DNA from: Phyllosticta citribraziliensis
Lineage: Eukaryota
NCBI RefSeq assembly: GCF_038025025.1
Contig: NW_027117339.1
Coordinates: 558,001 to 622,000, forward strand
DNA: 64,000 bases
Reading direction: 5' to 3'
Shown here: positions 35,850 to 49,139 of the stretch, piece after piece
Numbering within the stretch: the first letter of the stretch is position 1
Layout of the letters: each line of letters opens with the position of its first letter
Made by a program: the position numbers and the translations under genes
Notes under the pieces: generated by a model
What the model was told of the DNA's origin: nothing
The model's input: only the letters and a program-made list of their open reading frames with translations
The model's database searches: none

Positions 35850-36921
35850 ACGCGTCGGAAAGTCGCCTTCAGAGGTATTTGGGAGTCGGCGAGGGTTTGG
35901 GACTTTTGAACAGGCGGTTCGTGATTTTCAAGGTCCACTCTGACTGTGGTCCGGCGACACGCTTAATTGGTTGAGAATGTTAGCAAGAACCGTGAATTGT
36001 CCTAGGAATTCCGACGTAGAAGTACTCTCCCACTCGACGTCACCACGTGTGCTTTAGCAAGACGAATTCAATAGCAAAGGACGGTCTTGGACCATGGCTG
36101 GTGGTTCAATGACTGACTGCGTCAAAAGTCTCTCTGCGAAGTTATCACAGACGCATCACTGTACCCTCAACATTCTTCATCAAACATCATCAACTGCATC
36201 CTGCGCTGAAATTTGAGAAACTCTTGTCACCTTCGACCTTCGGCGCGTGAGAGAAGTCGAGCACAGGGCATCTCCTCTCGAATGCTCTCTATGCGAAAGC
36301 ACCGCCAAGCAGCGGCTTGACTGCATTGTTGAAATCGGCATGCTCGGCTAGCGACAATCGAGACAAGTTTGACTTAAAGACAGGGCGAGAAAGGAGGTGA
36401 CGTTGAAAGACAGGGACAAGGAGGGCGTTGAGGTTGGTTGGTGGGCGACGCGTTGGCCGGCGGTCTGTGAGCGGTTTGGCGCTAGCACTGTTTGGGCTTA
36501 GCCGGAGAAGCCACAGCCCCGCCACAGTCACCTCTCACTGGACTCAACAGCATCTCAGCCTCTGTCATCCGCTGCATCGTCGACACCAATCTCGTGGCCG
36601 ACTCACGCATCCAGAGCAACATGACACTATTCCCCAGCTTCTCAGCGCTCTGCATCTGATTTCGAGAAGCGTGGGGCCCTTTTCAGAGGTCTGCTCTGCA
36701 ACTTCGGTCTACTGCGGGGCTGTTTAGCTGATTGCTGGCCCACCTTTCCAATCCGATGTCGTTTACGTCCAATCACCCAACCTGCAGCACCACGGACCCG
36801 CCCGCGATGTTATCCAAAGCTGAGCCGTCCTATTCATGATGCTAAGCTGGAAGATGAGCATCCTTCTTCATTTGCGTTTGATTGAACCTCCACATCTCCA
36901 GGCTCAACAACTTGCGCAAAA

Positions 36922-39072
36922 ATGGAGCTTTGTCAAGTGTGTTATGAAACCCTTGAAGGAATCTTGAGTCCAGAGAATTCAAGAAGGCTCGGTCGGTTAC
37001 CGCCTGCAGGTATGTTCTGGCACGAACTGCCTGAGAACTTGTGAAGGTTCTGACATGGTGATAGAGCTAGCAAGGACACGCACAGAGGAGAATCATCCTT
37101 TGGCATATGAATACGCCCATCATGTCGACGTGGAAATATTACGACACTCCCGGTCATACTGCCGTGTATGCAGCGCGCTCGAGAATGCTGCTCCTACATA
37201 TCCGCATCTAGGCGTGGTTACCATCGTTCGCTTTAGCAAGAACACAACAGGACCGATAGGACCATCGATCCTCGCTTCCTTTCGTGGGTCAGCAGATGGC
37301 GAAGTACTGATAGACTTGTATCATCATGGTGGTGAGTTGTGGTTTTTGCCGACATAATGCTCCACGCCCAATCTAACTGGTCAGATCCATTATTGCCTAT
37401 TTCCAAGTTCCCCTTGTCGGCATCAACAAAGTCAACTGAGTCTTTTGCGCAACTCTCGGCCTGGATGGAAGACTGTCTCCACACACACGACCGATGTGAC
37501 TTGAGTTCTTCCTCTGGCTTCACTCCATCTCGTCTCCTCAAGCTCGAAACCCGACACTCTGAAAAATCTATATCTCTGGTGCTCAGGCATGAATGCCCGC
37601 CAGGGACAGCTTACATGACGCTCAGTCATTGTTGGGGAAATCAGCCAGCCACGAGCAAGCTAAGGCTTTCTTCAGATACACTTCTCATCCTTCGTGAAGG
37701 GATATCTCTGGGTACGCTTCCAAAAACCTTCAGGGATGCCTTCCACGTCATCGAGACTCTCAACTTTCGATATCTTTGGATCGACAGGCTCTGCATCTTT
37801 CAAGATTCGCAAGAGGACTGGTCCAGGGAAAGTTCTACGATGCAAGATGTGTATCGGCATTCCTCTTTGAACATTTCGGCCCATGCAGCGTTTGACGACA
37901 CAGATGGCTGCTTCTTCGACCGCGATGGTTCCGTGGGTCGCACCCCCTGGCTGAATATAAATCTCGGGACAGCTGCAATCCCACAGCTTTACAGCGTCAG
38001 GGAGTTCATTCCATTGACCATTTCTGAAGAATTCAATGAAGGACCGATTACATGTCGCGGATGGATCCTGCAAGAGAGGTTGCTAGCCCCTAGAGTTGTT
38101 CACTTTGGACGCAAACAGCTTTTTTGGGAATGCATGACGTCCATGTGCTCTGAAACCTTCCCTGCTAACTTGCTCGACTTTTCCTGGGACCCGCCGATAT
38201 CTTCAGGCAGACGCCACACTTGGAAACATATTCTTGACTCCAATCAGACCTTCATCCTCGAATCTGACTACGAAGGCCCGGGTAGAGAGTTGTTCCTCGA
38301 TTGGGATGGGCTCGTAAGGGACTTCTCACTTACCAAACTGACTGTCCCCAGCGACAAATTGGTCGCAATTGCAGGTCTTGCGAATGACATGAAGGAAAAG
38401 CTTCGACAAGAGAGACTTCTGCGGCGAATTCCCGACGATGATTCTCTACGTCACTTTGAGACTTACCTTGCTGGCATTTGGAATGCAACTCTTCCGATGA
38501 GCCTTCTATGGTGCGTTTGGGGGGACCGTTTGCCTCGACCAAAGTACCGCGCCCCATCCTGGTCGTGGGCTTCTGTCGATGGGAACATCAATCCCAACGA
38601 CTTTTTCGACTATTGGGGAGAGGAAAAACAACTTGTTTCAGTCAACCATGCGGAAGTCATCCCACTGCATGATGAGACAGGGGAAGTCGTAGACGGGACT
38701 TTGAACGTGACTGCTCCTCTTGCAGTCTACGGACTGGAATCCAGTGGATTGGACAAATCGCAGGTCAAGATCAAAGACCTTCGTAGTCCCCTCGACCTCA
38801 ACAATCGCCAAACCCTGCAGGGTGATAATCAGTATCATCATCACATCGACTTTGACACAGCAGACGACGTTTTTGAAGAGCTCTACTGTTTGCCCATAGT
38901 TTCGTCATGTTTTGCGAACCTGGGATTGAACGTACATGGGCTAGTGCTCAAGAGCGTGGGAGCAAAGTTCTGCCGGGTCGGATACTTCTCTATCGAGGCC
39001 CGGAACAAGATCTCTGGAGAAGTTGGAACATTTATCGAAAAGCTTCCGAGGACGGTGGTAGAAATTATTTGA
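36922..39072 (+). CDS. HET-domain (heterokaryon incompatibility, PF06985-type) protein; 3 exons (36922-37009, 37065-37331, 37385-39072)
   Basis: WMEDCLHTHDRC, PSRLL, YMTLSHCWG, LPKTFRDA, YLWIDRLCIFQD, MQDVY, RGWILQERLLAPR, DKLVAIAG, YLAGIW, RAPSWSWAS. N-terminal CxxC...HH...CxxC restored by introns 37010-37064 and 37332-37384. Confidence 0.93.
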
Positions 39073-40850
39073 CGGGATAGAAGCATCTAGTTCACTGTCA
39101 ATTGTACGTCACTCCGGTTGGATCTTTAAATTGCCAGTCGTCGAATTTTGGTCTGATTGGAAGCCCAGAGCTGTAAGTTCTCTTCTCAATTTGGAAGCTG
39201 CCAGACAAACTCATGTGCCATTTGCACGCCATCGGATCTTTACTTTGGAAAGAATTGGAAATATCACGCCATTGGGTAAGTTTGCCTCCATTTGCAGACA
39301 AAACTGATCCACCAGCAGCAGGCAATGCGATGTCTCGTGTCCAACTTAGCTGCGAAAGGCAAAACTCCGCCATGTCGTATTTACATCTTCACCATGATCG
39401 ACACGCACGCCAATTGCAAAGTTGTTGAACAGTGGCATGACGATGTACGGCGCGTTAAGCCGAAACTTCAAAGCCAAAGAGATTTAAGCTCGAACCACAG
39501 CCTCTTGACAACCTTGAAGCTTCCAAATCCCACTCTTGCGTGAAGCTCGGCCACTTTCAGAGTCAACACCTCAGCCTCGGTCTTCTGCATGTCAGTCAAC
39601 ACCAAGTCAATCATGATCGGCTTGCTCGCAGCTTATTTAACAACGATTACGTCATTGAGACCAGAGATGTCATTTTCAAAAATTCCGTGGAGGGGTAAGA
39701 GTTGCCGACAGAGTTTTGGTTATACTTTTTGATCTGAATGGCTCCCGTCCACTGACAGCACAGCCTAAAAGACGCGCGTAGCGCTTGCATGCACTCGAGG
39801 AACTTTTGGGTAAAATGCTTCTTGGCCGCGGCAGGTGATGGCGAGCGACATTTTCTCCGCATTTGTCAACGCGGAGACAAACTTCCGCTCCGCTCCGTGC
39901 CTTCCAGTCTGAGCTTTCCGACAGTTACCCGAATAGGCTATCAGGGGGCGACAGGATTGTCAGGGGCAAAAAATACGATGCGGAGGGCGGGGCACAAGCA
40001 ATGCTAAGCTTTGTTAGCGCAAAGCCAAGCCACAGTAAGCTCGGCATGACCAGGACCCTGTAGGGCTCGAGGCCGTGAAACATTCTTGGGACGCACTAGC
40101 TCATCGACGTCTCCAGCTCAGCTTAAAACGACTCACCTTCCCTGTCGCCGCTCCGCTGGCTTTCAGGCGTGGCTTTGGCCGCGGCCGCGGCCCAAGTCCA
40201 TCTCGCCAGCCAGCCTCACCGCCCCACGACGATCCAGACTTGGACACGAGCACAACGCCCGTTGGATTGGGCGCTTGTCATCTTCCGGATGGTGTGTCGT
40301 TGGGCAAAGGGGATTCCCGTTTGCCGGCGCCGACCACGTTTGGGAGGGCATGCCTTCGCTGCAAGCCTGCGTACGGCTGTTGAACCAAAATAAGCTTCCG
40401 GCAAGCGGTGGCGGAGCGCTACGTCCCGCCGCGATTTTCTTGCTAGATTTGACCTTCGTGATTGTGGAGCCATTGTGAAGTAACACTGACGATGTTCGGT
40501 AGGTCGTTGAGGACAAACGCACGTGAGCGGTGCGGCAGCCCGATTGCGAGCCCGCGGAATGCCCAAACAAGCTTTCAACGTGACATCAAATGCTTGCCTA
40601 CTCGAAACATTGGACCTACCAGATTCAAGGTGATTAAGGAGACGAGAAGCGTTGTTGGCTGTGCAATGTGCGGCGTTTCCACAGTGGCGCGGTCTACCAC
40701 CCGCCGCGACTTTGAGGCCTATTCTCGCCCCGATTTAACACCATGCACTAACATTTGATCGCGTGCAGCCTTCTCTTTCCTCTGCTGGCCACGGCCGGTT
40801 AATACGCACCTCTCCCTCCACTCCTCCGCCTGCTCGCGTGCCTCTTCGCA

Positions 40851-43780
40851 ATGGAGGTTACTCTCCCCACCGGAAAGCACTCGCCCAAGAAGATGCTACG
40901 AGGTATTCTTCAAGGCCCTTTGGGCATCTTCCACCGCACCGAGGACCAGTTTGCTTTCTTCTTTGTCTCCTTCTTCGCAGCAAAGTTGCTCCACTTGTAC
41001 ACTCACATTCTTTCGCTGCCAATCCTCCTATATCTGTTGTACCTGCCGACTTTCCTCTCAACTGATGTCGCGCTCCTCGCATTCGGCAAGCTGCTGTTTT
41101 ATCGCCGCAAGCGCTGCGCATTCGGTATGCTCAGAAAGCTGCTGGGCGGACTCCTCGCGTAAGTTTTCCAATTCAGACTCTCCAAAACCATACTAATGGC
41201 TGTTAGAATGCTCACTGCCGCGGCGGCGGCTGCCTCGATTTCGTTTTACATGGAGACGGGAGGTGAGATTCAATGGCTTGCGGGGACAGCTATGGCCAAC
41301 GACCCCGGCGGACTGAAAATGCTCCTGTCAGGGCTCCCATGCATGGCCTTAGCATTTGGAGTCTTGGCACTTCTCGCCTACCTCATCGCGCCAAGTTTCA
41401 ATGACGTTGTTGACCACGCCTTGGACGCCGTCGCTGGCTCCTTCAAGGAAGTCTTTGGCTGCTCGAGGCGCAGTGATGGGGCTGACGATCCAGAGAAGGT
41501 GGCCATGCTGGTGGAGGAGACCAATGGCGAGGACAGGTAAGAAACACTTGGCTGCCAATCCCTTGGCGCAGTGGAAAGCTGACTCACAGATATAGGATCA
41601 GGGAGAGATCGGCTGTCTATCCTCGCAAACTCAGGTCCTTGGCTCTGATTTCCGCTTTGGTCACCGTCATCGTGCTGCATGTCGTGCGTCCAACGAGGCC
41701 TCCGTACGCTCACATGTCCGGCTCGATTCCGCTGACGGTTGTTGGAGCGCTTCTCTTCAATCCCGTCGACTCTGACTTTTGTCTCCCGTACCCTCGGGAG
41801 CCAGTAGAGTTTCCGTTTGAGGACTTCCCGGCCTTTGATTGGGAGGGTGGCTCTTCTGACTTTCCGGAATGGATGCCGCGCTCAGATTACTGTCGCTCTT
41901 TACAAACGTACTCTCCGCAGGATAACCACTCTCATTTCCCAAACTCTGGAGCAAACGATCCATCAACCGAAAGCCATGGAAGCTCAACCAAGAAAACATA
42001 CGACCCAAGATGCGATCCGCTCAAGTTTACAAACATCAAGCAGGATGTCTTGAAGTCATTGCAGGATACATTCCGCAAGAGCAAACCATCCATTAAGCAT
42101 GTCGTTGTTCTTACACTGGAAAGCACTCGCAAAGACATGTTTCCATTCAAAAAAGAAAGTGACGTATATAAGAGGATGATCTCTGCAAACGGGCCGAATC
42201 TGGATCAGCACGACTTGGACAGGAAGCTCAAGAACCTTACCCCGGTGGCCCAGCTTTTGACTGGAGAATCAAACGGATTTGGCGAGGACAATGCCATTGA
42301 CAAGAAGCTCTCGTCCCAAAGCTGGAGGAAGGCTTTTGAAGGGGACATGGGCGGAGTCAATGTCCAAGGAGCCATCACTGCCGCTGCCTATACCTTGAAG
42401 AGCATGCTGGGAACTCACTGCGGTGTCGAGTCCTTGCCCGTCGACTTTAATGAAGAAGTCAAGGGCCAAATATACCAGCCGTGTATCGCGCAAATCCTGG
42501 ACCTTTTCAACTCGCAGATGAACAACGCGTCAGCTGGTGGCCAGGACTTTCTTTCTTCGCAATGGGAATCCGTTATCATGCAGTCCGTCACTGACAAGTT
42601 TGACCTGCAAGACATTCTGGATCCGCAAATGGGCTTCAAGGACAAGGTGATGCGAGAACAAATACGCGACCATGTCGGCTTTCCACCTCCAACGGGACCA
42701 GAAGTCAACTATTTTGGCTATCCTGAAACAGAGCTGATTCCATACATGCGCGCACGCTTTGAGGGCGCGAAAAAGGATAGCAAACGCCTCTTCATCTCGC
42801 ACGTAACCAGTACGACACATCACCCTTACAGCACACCCAAGGACTGGGACGGTCGTCAGGATTTCCACTCGAGATCTCGCTTCTCACGTCACGACCCCTT
42901 CTACGACTATCTCAACGCTATCAAGTGGCAGGACGAGTGGATCGGGAGGGTTTTCGAGCTGCTGGACGAGCAGCAAGTTCTTGACGAAACTCTGGTGGTT
43001 CTGGTCGGGGACCACGGCATGGCCTTCCACCCCATCGACGGCTCCTCTACATGCTACGAAAACGGGCACAACTCCAACATGCACATCCCACTCCTCATGC
43101 TGCACCCCTCTCTTCCACGCGTCCAAATCGCACCCTCAGAAACCGCCTCCATTCTCTCCATCCTCCCAACAATTCTCGACCTGCTCCTCCAAACCGACTC
43201 CCTGCCCGACTCCGCCGCCAAAACTGCGCAGCGCCTGCTCCCCAACTACCAAGGTCAATCTCTCCTGCGGCACCTTGCCTCTCTTCCTCCGTCCACTGCC
43301 TCCAGCGCCGCGCCCGCCGCTCCCACCACCTCTGCAACCGCCATCACCAATACAAACCAAAACAACGCAGCGCTCTTCTCCCCCGCCAACATCACCATCC
43401 CGCCCGACTTCCACATCACAACCATCAACCCAGGCGGTGCGATCCTGGCGCTCTCGTCGACCTCGCTTCCCTACCGTCTCGTCATGCCGCTGTGCAGTAC
43501 GACGGCGCTGCGCTTCACGTCGACGGCGACCTCAGCCCTCGAGCCCGCGCCGCAAATCGTGACGGGCTGGACGAGCGCCGAGCTGCGCGACCGCGTCATG
43601 CGCGCCCACGGACCCCTCGCCGCGCGCTGGGCTGAGGTTGCGGAGAAGGTGGGTCGGTGGTGGGTTTGGGAGAGCCGCAGACGTTGGAATTATCACGGTG
43701 TTGCCAGGAGTACGGATCGTGGTGGTGTGGAGGGTGCGAAGGGCGGGCGCATCGAGAAAGAGCATTGGTGGGAAACGTGA
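40851..43780 (+). CDS. Membrane-anchored alkaline-phosphatase-superfamily ('sulfatase domain', LtaS-like) protein; 3 exons (40851-41158, 41207-41536, 41596-43780)
   Basis: Several N-terminal hydrophobic helices; VVVLTLESTR, YTLKS..G.HCG, TTHHPY, YLNAI, TLVVLVGDHG, HIPL, ILPTILDLL. Introns 41159-41206 and 41537-41595 are canonical and frame-consistent. Confidence 0.88.
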
Positions 43781-44289
43781 TCGTGATAGTGGAGGAATGG
43801 CTGGAGGAGGACAAAGGCGTAATGGTGTTTCAGGGATTCTGGGTTGCTTGCTTACTCTTGCTTGCTGCTGATGAAGGTTAGGAAATCGTTGCTTGTTCGC
43901 TGTAAGCCCAACGAGAAAGGGTTCGAATGGAGACTACCATAGACTGCTGTCGAAGTGGATAGACAAAAGACACGAATTAAATTACTTGAAAGCACTATCT
44001 GTTGAGCGCGTTGTTGCCCCGTCTCCACTATCGCACTCGCCATGTCGAAATCACCACAATACTCCTGACTCTTCTTTCTGCCATCTGCACGTCACTCTCG
44101 CTCTATTTCCCTCTCGAGCACAGCCACCCCTACCGCATTCAATCCGACACTCAATCGACCTAGACGCCCTAACTCCCTTCCAACCGCTGTCCACGCGTCG
44201 TCCACCTCTAGGTTTGCGATGCGAGACGGGCGGCGAGTCGCCCTCCGGCAAAATTGCAACTCAAAATGTTGCCGTTGCTGACGCGTCAC

Positions 44290-45520
44290 GACCACCAAGA
44301 CGGAAACTCACCTCGGACCCGGACCCCCCCATCATCTGCGAGCTCATGAATAGGGAGACAGGCGATTTCGTTTTCGCATCATCTTCGTTTACGTGATGGT
44401 GGTGTGCAAGGTTGAGGTGCGGCTCCTTTCATTGAGGGTGGTGGTGTCCACGCGTCCTTTCATTTTTCCTAGGTGCAGACTCGCCGCCAAAAGTCGCAAT
44501 GAGGTGACGGAGTCGTTCTGGTAGCATCCGCGGGTCACATGGCTCACGCGTCTCCATGCCGATGTCCTGATTTCCTAATCCTCTTCTCCGCGGCCTCTTG
44601 ATCGCTAGGTTCGTCTTCGTATACGCGGTCGACAAGTTCGGCACATTGTATTTGCTTGAGGATATGTATACTGGCTGATGTCAGTATCGGAAATTGAGTC
44701 GAGAGAGCAGTTCGTGGCTTACATGGACGACAGGAAAAATGTAACGAGGACGTCTTGTAGGGCAACCTATACTCAACTGTTTCGCCGCGAATCCTTCCAC
44801 TACGACCTTCCGCTTTCGTGCTTCCCCTCACATTCCTTCCGGTCTTCGTTCACACGGCAGAAGTGTCGAGCGAACGTGCCAATGAAGAAATATGGGATGC
44901 CACCAGTGGATTTACCACTTTGTCAACAGCAACCCTCGCCAGATACCAAAACAACGTTTCCCATGGTCCTTGGGGCATGTGCCGAGCCCACCACTTCATC
45001 ACTAGCACGAGACTGTCATGGCGCAGCTTTGCTGGACAAAGACTTTGGCATGGTACATCTTCTTTGACGACGCGGTCGTCCGTGTCCACCTTCTGCTTCA
45101 GGGGGTCGGCGTCAATGTGGGGAGCCAAAATCATCAGATCTGAAGTGGGCTCTTACAGGTCATCACAAAAGACCGCAGTAAGCCTATCTTGTGCTGTCCT
45201 CGGTGGATTTTGGAGGGCTATTTCCTAATAAATTTTGACTTACAAGTCTCCAAGGCTAACCGTCTCCAAGTCCCCCATTTCTCCGATGAGAACAGCACCA
45301 GACCAGAACTTGTCAACCAAGGCCTCAATACCCTTCAGATCCATCTCAGCAAGGACTTTTCGCTGCAAGCTGGGCGACTGCCAGCTGGGCAAAATCCACT
45401 CGAAGCAAAGTCACTAATGTCAACTTGAAACTGCAGATATCTGTCGAAATTCATGCCCAAATTCTCCAATCCTAGACGTCCCGGCCATTCTCCAGCAACA
45501 AGGCACTCACCATCCAAACA
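44290..45520 (-). pseudogene. Possible decayed gene relic (unidentified)
   Basis: Several short minus-strand frames with protein-like composition (e.g. LQRKVLAEMDLKGIEALVDKFW, LKQKVDTDDRVVKED, ELVDRVYEDEPSDQEAAEKRIRK) broken by stops or frameshifts; no recognisable family. Confidence 0.2.
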
Positions 45521-46324
45521 GTCGTCCGTAGCCGAAGCAAAATCGACGAAAAGCGTCTCCTAATCGCGAAGACGCACATTCCCAGCCCCAGGCTTCCGCA
45601 TCAATCTAGCCTAGCCTAGCCTAGGTAGCCGATCAGCGCCAGCGCAGATCCGCGCGGCGATCCCCCGTCGCGGACAGGCAGACAGACCCTGGTTGACAAG
45701 TTATCCGAGAGCGACGAGCTGCGCGCGAGGCTCGTTGGACCTCTTCCTGTTTTGGAAAAGAAAGGGCGGCGGAGGGGGAGCGGAGTCTTGGGCGCAGTAG
45801 TGGAGCGGAGCTGATTGAAGATGGGGCGTTGGTCAATGCAAGATGCGGGTTTCGGGCACCGCAGTGCCGAATATCTTTCCCAGGCAGCAGCTCCCAAAGA
45901 ATAGCATTCAACACATTGTACTCCTTGAAACCTCAGTACCAACAGCCTCAACAGCAGCAGCCACCAAAATAGAGCGCTTGTTGCGTATGCTAATGCTATC
46001 TATGTACGGACGCACCTAATGCTGTACCCAAAAACCCATTCACACCCGCTACCAAAAGGGGGAAGGAAACACTCGACTACCAAAACGCCTGCTCGATCCA
46101 CGACGGCTGACGCGACAGCGGCTCCTCCGAGTCGAGATCAGCAGCATCGAAATCATCCACAACAGCATGCTTCGGCGAACGAGGCTGATGCTCTGTACAA
46201 GAACAAAACAAGTCAGACAGGTTCGTGGTCTGCTTCACTTACAGTCTGACTGGTGCTGGTGTAGCACACTGCGGAGGCAGATGATGGATAGGTAGGCATG
46301 TATGTGATTCTTGGAGGATATCGG

Positions 46325-48030
46325 CTAAGACGAATCCACCTTACCCTTGCCCTTTCCTTTGTCCGTGGCTTTGGTAGAGGCGTTTGCGTCTTGGGGAGGT
46401 TGTTTGAGCGGCGGGCTGGCGTCTTTGGATTCGATGTGGCCTTCGATCCCGTCTCCATTTGCACCTCCTGGCTCTTGAGGGGCTTCATCGTTCCGCGCGG
46501 GGTGTTTATCTTGCCCTTCAGAATCGCTGTCGTGTTGACAGAGATCTCCGCCATGTAGCCAGTCGCCATTTCTTTTCTCCTCAGCCGCCTCCTCTGTGGC
46601 AACGCCTTGAAGATCACTCCAGTACTCCAAGCGCCGACAAGCTTCGTCCGCGGCCTTGACTGCGCGGAGCAGGTTGTCAATCTTGCGTGATTCTTCCGGT
46701 CCTTCTGGCTCATTGTCTTCCGTGTGAGCGCGGCGATGTGCCGAGGCAGCGTCGCATGTTTGAAGCAGGAGAGAAAGAAGTTGGCGGCGAGATGACTGGA
46801 ACACAAACAAGGACATGATTGTGGGAACCTATGAATGTCAGATGGGGCTTGACTTGATTGTAAGGTTAGGCTTGCCTGCTCCGCGAGATAGTACAGCTCG
46901 TCGGCTCCATTTTCCAGAAAGTTGCGGACGATGACAATCTTCTCCCGGTCTATCGCTGCTTTCTTGAGCCGCAGCATGAGAGTGGGTATGTCTGTAATGT
47001 CAGGGGCCTCCTCGGACTCTTCATCAGCGGCTCGGCGTCGAGAAAACGACAAGGAACGGGCGAGGCTCGCGTCTGGGCTGCTGTCTGGGCTTCTTGCTCG
47101 CGCAGCCTTGGGATGTATCGTAAAGTAGTCCTCGTTGAGCATGTGGGCGGCGCTCAAGTGTTCTGGCACGATATTCGTCCCCGCGCGGATAGTATGCTTG
47201 CGGATGCGCTTGCGGAGCCAGCGTCTTCTTCGCACAAACGAGTGGAACCACGGATGATTTCCATGCCAAGCGAAGCCTTGATGGAAGGAGAAGGAGTATT
47301 GCCAGCCCTCTTCGTCGACATCGTGGGACATGTCCACGTACCACGATTTCCACGCCCATTCCCAGCTTGGATCCGGCACAGAAGCGTTTGTGATATTCAC
47401 TGGGCTGATTCTGAATTGACCATTGACCCAAGGCGCGGGGTCAAAGTTGAGAAGCGACTTGGATGAGAAGAGCGGGATCCCAAAGAAGAATGAGCCTCGC
47501 TGGTTTTCGTACAAGACGTCGACCACGGCATCTTTTTCCTTCTTCAAAGACTTCTTGGATTTGACCAGGCCCTTTACTTTTTGTTTCCCTCTCTCCAGTT
47601 TGCTGTGGACACGGTCCACTCGGCCCTCCTTGGTGCTATTGCCCTCTCTGACGCTATTGTCCTCGGTGTTTTGGTCCGTCTCGTCGGCGTCGGCCCGAGC
47701 CTGCTTGGAATCGATCTGCACCACCTCGGCCGAGCCGCTCCCTTCACCCCCGTCCGAGTATCTATTCTGTTGCCATCTCGCGTACTTTTGCTTTACTAGG
47801 CCGCGCTTCGCGAGATCTTCCCGCAGCGAAGCGCGGTTGAGCCGCTTCGAGGGATGCGAGGACAAGGGCGCCAGAGAGTCAGAACCCGCCGAGGAAGTGG
47901 GCACGATCTCCCGTTCTGTTTCTCCATTCGCGTTTTCTGTGTGGTCTACGAGGAGGATTTGGTGGTCGTACTTGGCTGGACCGGAGACAGCGTCGTTGTG
48001 GCGCGACGAGGTCAAGCCCAGAATGGACAT
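46325..48030 (-). CDS. Spo73/Mug65-like dysferlin(DysF)-domain protein; 2 exons (48030-46876, 46828-46325)
   Basis: DVLYENQRG..FFGIPLFS, PDPSWEWAWKSWYVDM..DVDEEGWQYSF, SFVRRRRWLRKR. A 47-nt GC-AG intron (46875-46829) joins ELYYLAEQ to VPTIMSLFVFQSSRRQLL and RRLEYWSD. Confidence 0.88.
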
Positions 48031-48662
48031 GGCTAGGATCCTGCGCCGAGGGTATGCAAGGACGGGAGGACGGAAGTAGGCCGGATAGGTAGGTCGGTCG
48101 GTACAATGCTAAGGCAACCCTTTCATAAGGGGGGCCGGGTGCCTGCTGCGGAGAGAGCTGAAGGGTTGAATGCAGCAGCTAGGACGGCGATGGGATTCGG
48201 AGTGCAGGAGGAGGCGGGCAAAGGATCATGGCATGGCGCTGGCGGGCGGAAGCAGTCGCGAGGCAGCTGAGGCTCCCGACAACGGACTGGAGTGAGACCT
48301 GCGAAGCATCAAGCAGTCAGCATTAGGTAGAGAAACACAACATAGCAGAGGCGGTGACGGTGGCACGTAGCGTCGAAAGCGGCTAGGCGGAGGCCCGTGG
48401 CAGAAATGGCGGAGGAGAGCAACAAGGAAACCTAACGCGACCTGGACTCTTCAGGTCCGGTCCCTCGCTTCGGTTCCCTCACCCGCTACGTCATGGCTGC
48501 GACGGCCAATGATTCCACCTCCACACATCTCCCCCGGCCGAGACTAACCACCCACCGCACTCACCCCGCAAACACTCGACCCTCTCCAGGCCTCCAGCTG
48601 TTGATACATGAACCCCATCCTGCCCCGACCGTCGCCCGCCAACCTTCGTACATTTCTTCATC

Positions 48663-49139
48663 ATGGCTACTCGTAAGACATCAATGCAAGTCTGGCTCTG
48701 GAGCAGCGCTGCTCTCAGCGGTGGCGTTGGCTGGTATCTCTACCAGGCCGGCGGCAAGAAGTCTGCTGAAAAGGAAGCTCAGCGTGAGCAACCCCACATC
48801 TCTGATTGCTGGCCAAGGCTGACTGGCCACAAGAAAACTCCATGACCAGTGCCAAATCCATTGGCGCAGACGCCGGACAGAAGATTGACTCGGCCGTCAG
48901 TGGACAGAGCCTCTACCACCGCAAAAAAGCTAACACGCGCCCAGATTAACGAAGCCAGGACTACAGCCAACAGGGTAGATCAGAAACTCGAGGCGTATCG
49001 CGCGCAAGCTGACAAGAAGGTGGGAGACTACTCCACTCAAGTAAAAAGGGACGCGCAGAGCGCCGTCGAGCAGTTTGACAAGACGGTCGAGGACCAAGCG
49101 GCCAAGTCCAAGGGCTGGCTTTCAGGCTGGTTCAAGTAG
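48663..49139 (+). CDS. Small conserved-type fungal LEA-like helical protein with N-terminal hydrophobic segment; 3 exons (48663-48783, 48834-48895, 48945-49139)
   Basis: GGVGWYLYQAGG anchor motif, A/K/D/Q-rich helix, C-terminal FDKTVED.AAKSKGWLSGWF. Introns 48784-48833 (GTGAGC/GCTGAC/AAG) and 48896-48944 (GTCAGT/GCTAAC/CAG) keep frame. Confidence 0.8.

Noticed and set aside
46213..48030. 605 aa single-exon model from the ORF track
   Set aside because: The conserved-looking C-terminus (IMSLFVFQSSRRQLL, LEYWSD) is in another frame reached by the GC-AG intron; kept only as a possible retention isoform.
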